NCBI GenBank assembly: GCA_012295275.1
Contig: CM022672.1
Span: 3,472,001 to 3,536,000 of the forward strand
Reading direction: 5' to 3'
Length of the DNA: 64,000 nucleotides
DNA from: Chrysomallon squamiferum
Taxonomy: Eukaryota > Animalia > Mollusca
Shown: in pieces, positions 30,501 through 42,566 of the stretch
Position numbering within the stretch: the first letter of the stretch is position 1
Layout: every line of letters begins with the position of its first letter
The notes under the pieces: generated by a model
The model's database searches: none
What the model was told of the DNA's origin: nothing
The model's input: the letters and a program-made list of their open reading frames with translations, nothing else
Translations under genes and position numbers: made by a program

Positions 30501-32202
30501 GCTAGAAGAAAATACCTGTCAAAAATGTGTCTGTTTGAAGCAATGTAAAGACCGTAGATTTCATTCCATTCCAGAATAGGTTTTATGTAGAAAACAAGTT
30601 AAAGAAAGACTTGAATGAGGAGTTGAGGAAACTCTTCAAAGTTCACATTGCAGACCAGCACATAACAAATTTACTTTGTAAGTGGTAATTTTAGTTTAGA
30701 ATTTAGAATAACTCGCCACTTAGTATTGTAACTAATAAGAAAATCATAAAAAAATATAAAAATAAATAAATAATAATATTCCCATTAAAGAAAGATTGAT
30801 GTGGTTCTAAGTTATGTAATATTGTTCTATTTTAATGTCCATTATAACATTAATACACATTTAGTTGCTGCTTACTTCATTAAGCCACTGTTTTAATAAT
30901 TTTTTTAACAGATTATTTATTTACAGCAATTGAGTTAATTTCATGACAAATGAAATAATCTAATTATATTAACAAATTTATATGTTCAGAAAAATAATTT
31001 TTATTTTTCTAATTTTCGGCAGGTTTAATAGATGAGGCTTCAGGCACCCCATTTGCAATATCTCCACCTACAATGGCCAACTTGATGAAAAATTTGTACT
31101 CCCTGAGCACAGGTATCTATTCCTATTTCAGTTTTGTGAACACTCTTACTATTGTCTATGACACAGACATAGATGTTTCCACTATCATTTCAATTGTGTA
31201 TCTTACTCTCTTCTTTATTAACAAATGTGGTTTGTGTTTAATTTTACACTGAATGGTGAGGGATCTGATATACAATACCTAACTCCCTGTCACAAAATAA
31301 TTTCAAACTCAAATCTGTATTATTTTGTTTGTGTCTATAATTCATAATTCTTCTGTTAATTCCCATTTTCTTCTTCTTTTTTTTACCATCTTGATCTCTC
31401 GCAGACTATGTTACTTTAAACCGCGACTTATTTGCACGATACATCCCCAATGTTCTTCCACCTACCTCAGTGACTGACATTGAGACTTATATAGAAGAAA
31501 CCAAACAGATGCAAAGAGATCTTCACCTTATTCCAGGATTTAACAAGTTTGTATTTCATTAGTTATTTTCCAAGTGTTTGCTAATCACATCTATTACATT
31601 ATTACCTAAAGTTGCTGAGGTTATATTGGTTCTTTTCTTGATTGTTATAAAAAGAAAGGGCACTTACCTTTATAACATTATGGCTTTTATTTTAAAAATA
31701 ATTAATGTTATGAAACTGCATATAGAAATCATAAATTTGCTGGTAATGTCTCCATTATATCTGATTATTAGAAATGCCAGTGCCATTAATTTTTCTATTT
31801 TATATATATATATATATATTTATGTATTTCTTCTTGTTTTATCAGCATTTTAACAGTTTGATCATTTATTTCATAAAGGGAACTATTGTGAATGAGAACA
31901 ATGAGCTAAACAACTTTATATGGTTGGAGATAACATTTTTAGGATTAACTGAGTAATATATTTTTTTAATATAAAATAATAGTTAATGAATTACACAAGG
32001 ATGATTCATTGTTCCATTAAACAGTTGGAAACAGATCTCTGCCCCCACCAAAAAAAATAAAATAATAATAATAATAATAAGGTAAATGCATTTAGCCGTT
32101 ATCAATATTAACAACTGAACCATTTAATTTTTAAAAACATTTTTTTATAGTCATGATCAAAGTAGAAAACGAGCTTGTGAAGAGGACATCCCAGTCAACT
32201 GA
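27552..32202 (+). CDS. CACUL1: CDK2-associated and cullin domain-containing protein 1, 8 coding exons, ~268 aa
   Basis: Exons 27552-27645, 29122-29248 (GC donor), 29511-29613, 30123-30218, 30575-30677, 31023-31112, 31405-31546, 32151-32202, with consistent phases (807 nt). [91 protein letters not shown] matches remembered CACUL1. Confidence 0.93.
29688..29790 (+). mobile_element. Highly degenerate SINE-like relic in CACUL1 intron 3
   Basis: ctgtatacgagatggtacacataaaacctc resembles the same family core. The match is weak. Confidence 0.3.
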
Positions 32203-34618
32203 CATTAAATAAAACCAACAAAAAACAGCTAATGATGATTTTGTGAGTATTTCATTTAAAATGTCCTCTAATAATATTTAAATTAAGTTGATATTTTATT
32301 TTATATCATCATTAATTTCTTTTGTTTTTGGGTTTTTTTTTTGAAAATGTCTCAGAATGTTCCCAAAACCAGCAAATACATAAATAAATACGATGTTCTG
32401 TTTTGATCATCATGTTACAAAAAATATGTCTTTAATAAGTAATTATTAACTGGAATATCATCCTTTTATTAGGTGTTTTTTTTAGTCTGCAGAACATATA
32501 AATGTCAGGTTACAGGAATGTGTACTTAAGATAGACACATTTTATATTTTAAACTGAGATAAGATATATATCTGAGTATTAGGCATCATTAAAGTAATAA
32601 AGTATGATTTCCGAGTTAAAAACAGATGTCACTTGAGCACGTTTAACTTAAGTGCCTGTTATTGTATATTAATTCGCCAACAACATTCTAGAGTATGTTA
32701 AATTCAATATGTATGTTATTTTTCATTTATTTCCAGATACCTTTCCTGGATATTTGTGATAATGTGTGCTTGGCCTTCCACTCTATCTCCCAATTTATAC
32801 GTGTATCTTGACTTGCATCTTGGACGTGTTTATGAGAGGATGTTTTCAGACGTAATGGAAGACACCAAAAAACTACCGAAAACAAAAAGGTTCAAAACTA
32901 TGCGCACACATATTAGTTTTATTTTTAACACTTGCTTTGAGACAGCAACTTTTCCCTACTGTGTTGTACAGTGTGTTTTTAATTTGACAGCTGTGTGTCT
33001 AAGTGTAAACATCCGTTTGTGGCAATAGTGATAATACATCACCTCTAAACTATGTAGCTCTTAGCCCTAATAAATTTGTTATAACAATTTTAACGTGTTA
33101 TTTGAAAAGCGAAAAAAGTGAATTTATCCACACTATAGATATCTCAGTGAAGAGTATACTTGTTACATTTTATGTTATTGTTTCTTTGGTCTGAATTATT
33201 ATTTAAGTTTTTATATTCATTAATAAAACATATAATATGTTTTAAGCTGACTAACCTAATAATTCTGTCAGCCTGAACATTTTTATTACAAATCATTATC
33301 TGCAGTTTCTGTGTCATATATCGTTATGTGTTCTTACCCAAAGTATCTATAATTGATCAGTTGTTAAATACAGATAAAATTTAATAAACTGTTAACATTA
33401 AGTTAAACTAACTAATGCATTCTTGTTCAAAAAGCAAAATTCATTCTGAAGTCTGCATTGCTAACACAGTACTTATTATCCTGGAATAAATTTGGAAGCA
33501 TGAGGGCAACAAATAAAGGAATCACATTTACCCAACTTATTTACTTATTGCTTTACACAAAATGAAAATTACATTGAAAAAAGCAAAAGTTTTCTTTTAA
33601 TTTTACATTCATTATTATTTCATTGTAGATAAAATATTACATGTTAGTGGTAATAAATGTCAACAGTGTTTTAAAACATTTTTCTGATCATGACTGGAGA
33701 CCCAGCAGAACTGTAAATCATTTTAAATGAGGTCATATTCAGACATTTACGTTATGTACATGAAGTATCAGCAGATTTTTTGTATTAACATCAGTAATGA
33801 TATACTCTTGAAAAATCACCCGTTTGATTTTAATCTTCATATTATTCTGTTCAATTCACTTTCTTTTTCAGTTATAACTGTTAGCCCTTGTTCAGAATTA
33901 GAATGAAAAGTATAATATATTATCAGAACATATAATAAAATAAAATAAAATGTATAAATAATAATAAAAACTGACAACTGAAAACAGCTCACATGTCTAA
34001 TAGGGCACTGTCAAATAATTATGTTTAAATTATAGGAACCTTTGTCTTCACCAGTAGTTAATAAGAATGAATGTGTGAGAATGAATTATCAGTTATTTAT
34101 ACTAAAAATGTCTGTTTTTAATTGCTGAATGTCAGAAAGTGAACTTTGGCGATAAATTTATTCATGTAAAGTTTATTAATAAAATGAACCACACAATGTT
34201 TGTTTTTTTGTAACGAGTTGACATGTGTGTAAACCAGATAGTATCTTATAAAAGATGAAATTGTAGAGTTTTGTTGATTAGATACCCTCAAAATTTATTT
34301 AAAAAAAAAAAAAAAAAAACCCACAGAATCAGCAGATATGGTCTCTGGTGAATGTGTTTTATTTTTCAGGTGGTGTGACTCAATACAACTTTTTTAATAC
34401 TAAATATTATTTACATGTAGAGTTCCTCTTGTATGTTATTTCATGCTAAGACCAAATAAAGCATTGGTCAAATTATTTAGTGTTTGTTTTATTTATATAT
34501 TTTCTATAATTTAGATAACTTGATGTTCCGAAAACAGTTCAGGATGTTTTCTATATAAATTACGGAGGAGTTAAAAGTTTATTTCTATTTTTGCAGTACC
34601 CTTATAAGTACACTTTTT

Positions 34619-34680
34619 TGTTCATTTCATCCTTTCAGTTTATATATATATATATATAAGCTGAAAGGATGAAATGAACA
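34619..34680. repeat. Near-perfect 62-bp palindrome with a (TA)n centre
   Basis: TGTTCATTTCATCCTTTCAG (34619-34638) pairs perfectly with CTGAAAGGATGAAATGAACA (34661-34680). The inner part is also palindromic, apart from one T/G mismatch. Confidence 0.97.
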
Positions 34681-36225
34681 TATATATATATACTCTGTTT
34701 TGTATTAATAATATTGGATGCCTGTCACTTTATTTTGGAATCGCTTCGGTAGTAATAACCCAAATGATGATCATTTCTGCAGCTATTTGGCGGAACAGTA
34801 TCATTTCCTATAGTTACACTTATATGTAATATTGATAGGAAAGCAAACATTTTAGCTTTAGTGGTTTTTAACATAAACTTCATCTTTTTAATATAAAAAT
34901 TTAAATGTAATTTAAATAAATATCGCAATCTGATTCAGTTATTTATAACATGTCTTGTTTATTACGTTTATACCTAGTTAAATGTTTGGCTAAGGGATAT
35001 AACTCTACGTATCCACAGCTGTTTGTATAGCATCATATGGCGCTAAGGTATAAATGACAACTAAATTTTCGAACGTTCTAAATATTTGCAAACTAATTGT
35101 TCGAACTTTTTTAATATTTGCAAACGTGAACTATAAAAAAATTATAACGATATATATTTTTGAATTACTGCATGTTGATTAAACTCGAATATATTCAAGG
35201 TAATGTGTTAATTGTTGAATATAGTAACTTAGACTTTTTATCGTCTGTAATTCGGTTGGTATTTTGTTACTGTTCCTTTTACTGACAGTGCTAGTGATGC
35301 ATAGTTCATGTTCACACGGTATCCCATCCTGGCATATCAGTAACATTATCTTTATATTATGTTTGCATAAAAACAAAAACAAATAATCAAAAGTTAGGGA
35401 GGGAGGAAACAAACAAAAAAGTATAATATAAATCATTAGCTCGATGGACACGTATTTTTTAGATATTCTTCAAAGGTGAAGCCGCTGTGAAAATCGAAAT
35501 ATTTAAAAAGATTATATTCTCTTCTAGGGAAAAGTGTTTTGAAAACAATTAGTTAATTTAAATGCATAGAGAATTGAGATCGTAACATGTTAAAACGTTA
35601 AATACTTCGTAAAATTTCTCAGCCTGCACGGTATTATTGCTTTACGATTTAATCACAGGTAGAGTTGATATTCGTATTTTATACTGTGTAATTGAACACT
35701 ATCTAAGTATTGACATATTGTTCAAATAACAATTTGTCTTGATGGATTTATGATTCTCAAAAATTATTGCCATTTGCAAAAACATCATTTATATGATACA
35801 CTTTTATGTCAGTTTGCAATTATTAATTTAAAAAAAATAATAATAATAAAATAAAAAATAAATTATCAAATGTTTTTCTTGACATATTTGGTCTAATGCA
35901 AAATATATAATTTTTTATTTCAGATTAGTATATTTAAAGAAATAATTATTAGATTTAGATTGCTCAGATGCTATTTAAAATGGTATTAATTAGTTTCGTC
36001 AGTAATGTAGGATTGTTCTTTTTATACAGCTACTTTAAGATGGATTAGTTAAGATGCAGACATTGAATACATGTTTTTTTAACTTGTCAGTTAAAAAACA
36101 AAAATCCAAAGATAGGCCACAGTGTTTTTTCTTCAAAGACATTTTGTGCCATTTGAATAACAGGCTATCTAAGACAAATAGAGTACACTCAATCTTGCAA
36201 TACTGAATGTATTAAACTGTCAGGT

Positions 36226-39200
36226 ATGGAGTGTGATGAAGATATTACTGGAACAGTGACAGTATCAAATACACCTATTCATCAGTTTGGAAGTACTTCT
36301 AATAATGGTGGCCATAATTTGATTGTGCAGTCAAATGAATCTTCTAGTCATCATGACCCAATGTTTAGTTCCCTGTCAGCTGAGAATCTTACAGGACTCA
36401 CTGAAACCTCAAACAGTATAAATGAACATTCAAAATCTGAAAATTTTAATCCAGTGTTAACGGATAAAGCTGCATCACACCTCAGTATGTCATATATTGA
36501 TGACTCTGTTCCCCTGAACTCATCTGCTAGTCAGTTTCTTGATGAATTGTCAGCAGACTTTTTATCTGAAGACTTTGATATGCAAGACTCATTTGAGTTC
36601 AGTTTGACTAATGCAAGCAGTACACCACAAAGTTCTCTATTTACCTCTTGTAAAAAGTCCATTCCTGAATATTCTATGGACTGTATGGAAATTAATACTA
36701 TAAAAAGTGTTAACGATCAATCATTTATTGAACGTGAAAATAACATAAACAAACAAGTGACTGAAGTGTATGGTGCTACAATAAACTGTCCAAATATTAC
36801 CATAACCAAAAGAAATATCGGTGTACCTGCAGGTAAAAATTCTCAGATGAAATTTGTTAAGTATGGCAACCAGCAGTCTAAAAGCTTGGAACCAGGTATT
36901 TGTTCAAATGTTTTTGCTTCACCAAGTGCTTCAATGTCAAAGATGGATAAAATAAAAATGGTGAAGGGCAGTCCAATATCACATTTTGAAAAAACAGCAA
37001 AATGTAATTATAATCTTGACAAACCTGTAATTTTATACAAGTCAGATATTGAAAAGATAGGAAATCTTCAGCCTTATTGTCACTGCACTGGACCTTCAGA
37101 TGAGAACCTGGTTCTGAAAGAACAGACTATCTTTGCCCATGGACAGAAGATTATTATGACTCAATTTCATAGAATTGCCTGTTCTGGATTTGAACTGATT
37201 GCCATAAATCGGGGCTCAGTTACGTTTGTGTGTCAAACACAAATTGTGAGTTTTGGCTTTTTAGACCATGATAACTATAAAAACATACAAAAATATTATC
37301 CTGATCATGTTGATATTATGACCTCTGATGAAGTGTTATTTGTCCAACAACACACTGGAATGAGAGGTTGTTCTGGTTTAATTTCTCTTGAACTCTTAGC
37401 CTTTGCTTTGAAAAAGATTCCAAATAATAAAAGGACTGTTCCAGTAGCTCATAATGAGCCTTTATTCTATAAAATAGTTCCAGGTCACTGGTGTGAGAAA
37501 AGAAAAAAATTAATTAGATCAGTTTCTGCACAAGACATAATAAATGTTCAAAAAACAAATAAGAAAATAACCAGGAAAAAGTGCTCTAACAAAAATGTTC
37601 AGCATTCATCTGATAAGAAAATATTTGTTGTTCAAAAACCAGATGGACAAGGTTACTGCATAGTCAAAATTAAAAGTATTCTTGTAGCTGACAAAGAGTT
37701 AATGTCTTTCTCCTTGTCAGATACCAACTATGTAAACTGCCTTCAGCTTTGCCAATATTTGGAAAACTTTCCGTGGAAGAATTTTTCAGAATTAGCAACA
37801 AGTCTGAACATTGACTTTTTGGATGCTCCAAAAGAAGTAGTGACATATTTCACTGAACAAGGTCACAACAAAGATATAGTTGCAGGCAAGTGGACATCCA
37901 TGATGAATCTAAGACTGATTTCCTGTTTCTCAGTGGGTCAGATGAATGATACAGATTTTTTATCTAAGAATTCTATTTTAACTGAAATAGCAAAGGGTGA
38001 CTTCACTGAAGTTGTGGAGAAACCACTTGACATTTTACAACTGGCTGCTTCAGAAATAAGAGAAATGTGTGAAGATCCAGGACATTTTTCTGAAAATAAA
38101 AATAAAACACAGCTTTCTGATGTTAGGAAACAAGTGATGCAAGAATTGGAAAATGCCAAGTTGTATTCTTCAGACAGGGCTAAAAATATCATGAATCCCA
38201 AAGTGAAAAAGACGAAGGAAAAGGTTCATTCATCACAAATGAATGTTTATGAAAATAATCCAACTATTTCCATAACTAAAGATGTGTTTTTAAATGACAT
38301 CAGTGAAAATACTAATTCCACTATTGTTCTGAATGACATCAAAAATCGTGACTGCAATGAAGGTATTGTAATTTTGCAAAATGATGAGGGAACCTTTTTG
38401 GAATGTACACCCTTGTGTTTAAAGCCAAATGCACAGCAAATTACTGATTTGTCTTGTAACAACTATAATCCTGAAAATGTTTCTTTAGGTAGAGAAGATT
38501 TTTCTGAGAATACTTATTCTCAGACTATGAACAAATACACAGATGAAATGCCAGACAACAGTATAGATCTTTCCATAGACTTTGATACATTGGTGAGGAC
38601 TCCATCTTGGTCTAATATACTAAACCGTGAAGACGAAAATGAAAAATCTCTCTTGTCAGAAATGATAATGCCCATTTCCTCAGGCAGTCAGGATGTATTT
38701 ATGAGTCCGGATTCTGGAATCTATACAGATGTGAAGTCATTCTGTAATACTCCAAGTTTGGACCATGTAGAAGATGAGCATGAATATATGATTAGTGAAG
38801 ACTGTGAATTTCTTCAACAATTACAAACACATTCTTCAGTTGATTTGAAAGATCACAACTTCAGTAATGAATCTGACCAAAGTATGTATAAAACTGTATC
38901 TAAACAGAATATTCAATCAGTGTCAAAGACTGAATTTGAAAACACAGTATCAAATATTCAGGAATTCCATCAGTCCCAGTTCTCATGTGGCTCTGAATCC
39001 ACTGACAACAGCAGACATAATCTGACTGTGAAAGACATAGCTCATGTTAACACTCAGAATGGGGAAGGAGATTTGGAAATAAAACCCAATAATCAACTTG
39101 CTGCTACAGATTGCCTTAATGCCAGCAAAGATTCTTCTGTAAATACTGCTGACAAAGTGTCTTCAAATGAAACCTGTGAACATATTGAATCACTAACATC

Positions 39201-40968
39201 AAATGAACAGACAACTCTGTTTTCTAGCAGTCAAAAAGATACTCTATCTAACAACAGTGAAAAAGTGACAGACTGTAAATGTTCAGAGTTATGCCATATG
39301 GCACCAGGAATAAAAGAATTAAAGAACTCAAGAAGCAATTCTGAAAGAGAAAATACACCATGTATAGGAGGAAATGATAAAAATTCTCAAGTGGAACAAA
39401 TGCAGGTTGGTGCAGGTCAAGAAAAAGCTAAAATTCAGGGCATTTCTTATTCCAAGTAAGTATTAATTTCAAAGTGTGATAAAATGTGGATTTTATACCA
39501 CTCCAATTAGAACTGATTGTTGTGAAAAAATATCAGATAAGTATTATTTAAACTTTTCTTACATGTTTTATTTTCACACTGTTAAGAATGAAAATACAGT
39601 TATAAAAATATATATATTACAATATTTATAACACTACTGGCACTACTACTACTAATAAATAAGAAAATAACTAAATAACAAAATGGCCACAAAAAATAAT
39701 AAATAAATAAATAAATAAATAGGAGGCATTTTTTAAAAATCTGGTGTTAGTAAACCTCAGTATTAAAAAAAAAATCTATTTCAGAGATCCACAGCTGGTT
39801 ACAGTGTTCAAACAACTGCTACCCATGATCAACATTACAAACTTGGTAAATGAAGACAGGCTGCAGTTTCACCTCAGCCTTGATGCATCCATCAAACAAA
39901 TGTTGATGAAAAAAGGTTTCACTTTTCTGTGGATTTATTTTTTCTTTCTCCACCCTCTCTTTTTAATATGTGATCCATTTCAATAAATATGATTTTTCCA
40001 CATTTTAATTTAGAAAATGCAAAGCGTTATCTTATAAATTAAACAGTTCATAATTACAAATGAACTCAAAAATGTGATGTTGAAAATAGTACACATATCA
40101 AGGCCGTATTTTAGATGTGTTGTCATTACCCTGATTTATTTAAACATTCTAATTTTTAGGCACAAAGGAAGCAGATTTGGAAAACATTCACAAGTTTCTA
40201 AAAGTAACTGGTAAACTTGTTTGTCGTGCACTGCTGTGTACTAGGCCTCAAGCTGTGGATTCCCCTAAAGAAGGCTGTAGTAAAACTGATACTGCAGATA
40301 CATCTTTAATAGAAACCAATAATGGACAAGCTGCTAACATTCATCCTCAACAGTTTTCACAGCACAAAATTTCTGAAGACATATCAAGCCAAACATGTGA
40401 CCAATGTCCCGATGACAAGTTACTTGATCATTGCATTGAACTGTTGTCTGATTTTTCAGAACATCATGTACTAGGACAACAAGAAGAAGAAAAACAACTC
40501 ATTAAAAATACTGAAATACTGATGAGTGCTGATATAATGTCTTCTACATCTCAGACAGTAACTGACAGTCTAAATCCCTTCAGTGTTAAAGAGGATCTTT
40601 CATTTTCTAGTCAACAAGAAGATACTACCCAGTCAGTGTGTGTGAAAAATGTATCAATGTTTGAAGATATTACAAATAATCAGATGAACGACACCCCAGA
40701 ACATCTGATCACAACTAGAGAAGTTGATATGATGGAGCCAGTTTTGGTAAAAGACAAATGTAATAATGAAATAAATAATTCCCAAAAGAGAAAATCACTT
40801 CCGAAGTCAGACAGCAAAAACATTTCAAAAGAAACTCTTACACCTATCAAACGAAAGATTAGCAAGAGGTCAAAAACAATAAGAACTATTTTAGCAGAAA
40901 ATGAAAAGGCACTTTCAGTGAAAACAGAACAAAGACTTTCAGAAACCCCAAAACAGTCTAAAATATGA
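36226..40968 (+). CDS. Uncharacterised ~1389-aa, mostly low-complexity, probably nuclear protein with two putative Ski/Sno/Dac-like domains
   Basis: Exons 36226-39455 (donor AA|GTAAGT), 39785-39915 and 40160-40968 join in phase into one 4170-nt frame. A 3.2-kb ORF is very unlikely by chance in DNA this AT-rich. The start is uncertain: the frame is open back to a possible acceptor at 36163, with an in-frame TGA at 36154. Basic NLS-like clusters occur near the C-terminus (KRKSLPK, PIKRKISKRSK). Confidence 0.88.
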
Positions 40969-41729
40969 TAACACAAAAAAAAGTAATTGTGATGTCTTAG
41001 AATAATACCAAAAACAATGGCTAAAACATACTATCACAATTAAACTCACAGCAGAGACATAAAATAAAATTCAATTGCTTGGTGTTTTAAATCCCACCTG
41101 TTCGTATGATAAACTATGTATGCTGATAAAATATAGGAAAGTTAAATTTAACTCTGGACTAAATTTGGTTTCATAAAATACTTTAAATGGTTAATAATAC
41201 CAATTTATCAAAATTAAATAATTAACTTGTCAAAATAAGTCTAGTAATGTACCAACACATAATTGTGGTAGTATTCAATGTTTTTGTAACACTGCTTTTT
41301 GAGACACTTGTGATGCCAGAAATATTCATATTTATATACATATTTCACTTGGTGAACTGTGGCATGTGGCAACCCAAGATCAAAATTTGGCTCTATATCA
41401 GGACCAACAACATGCTGTTATATAGTCCTACCACTGTGTATGTATGTATGTATACATACATACATACATACATACATACACAGTGGTAGGACTATAACAG
41501 CATGTTCACCAAGTGAAATATTTTCCCAAATGTGGTTATATTAACTCTGAGAAGACTGTGCTTAGTGAAAGTGTGATATGAAGATGTATCCATGTATATA
41601 CATGTATATCTATCTATAGTGTTATGTTGGTTATTGATTATTAACAAATGATTCATTGATCTCATAAATTTCCAAGAACAGGTTCATTTGAACTGAGGAG
41701 AACTGACTTCCATCACTACATACATATAT

Positions 41730-41731
<2 letters not shown>

Positions 41732-41778
<47 letters not shown>
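41732..41778. repeat. (CA)n microsatellite
   Basis: Directly visible. Confidence 0.95.
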
Positions 41779-41780
<2 letters not shown>

Positions 41781-42429
41781 TCTTGAAGATTAACAGAAAA
41801 ATCATCTATGAAAGATAAAAGAAAAGGAAAAGAGAAATTTAAATCTAATGTTTAAATTGTTGAACTGAACAAAAATGTTTGGTGCATCCATGTTGTTGTA
41901 TTTTTTTGATCTGTTAAACTATTTTCTGTTCATTCTTTTTCTTTTTTATGTGGAAATTATTCTGAGAAAGAACATTTTTGTATCCCAAATATAATTTTTT
42001 TTTTTCATTAAGTTGTAGAAATGATCAGAACATTATACTTGTAAATGATTAATTTTATATGAATAGTCCAAAAATAAAATAAATCAATAAACAACAATAA
42101 ATAAATAATTTAAAAACGAAAAAGGTAAAAGAAATATGTGTCACCCAAGATTAAACTTATGGGAACTGAAAAATTATTATTGTTTCCAACTGGAAGGTGT
42201 TACTTTCACTGAAATCAAAATAGTTTAGAAACCAAGAGTAAAACTGTTGAAGTTTAAATAATTATTCTAGAAATTTTATTGTTTCTCTGTTATTTTAAAT
42301 GTCTGTCACATCATATAAATATTAAATGTTCAGCTTCACGGGTGTTTGAAGTAGTTTAGCAATATTTTATTTATTTATTTTTAAATTTATTATTTTTTTT
42401 AATTTTTTGTTGTTATTTGTTAAGTTAAA

Positions 42430-42566
42430 AATAGAAACTTTCAAATTAGGAAATTATTTTAACATAATTCAGGAAGTATACTAGCTGTATGTACATCATT
42501 TATTCATTTGTTAAGAATAGAAACTTTCAAATTAGGAAATTAGTTCAACATAATTCAGGAAGTACA
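42430..42566. repeat. Direct duplication of a ~50-bp segment
   Basis: aatagaaactttcaaattaggaaatta..aacataattcaggaagta occurs at ~42430 and ~42516. Confidence 0.85.

Noticed and set aside
32756-33028. 90-aa ORF downstream of CACUL1
   Set aside because: GTG start, no recognisable motif, and better explained as a 3' UTR exon.
37938-40976. Minus-strand ORFs 37938-38201, 38247-38462 and 40680-40976
   Set aside because: Antisense shadows of the long plus-strand coding exons.
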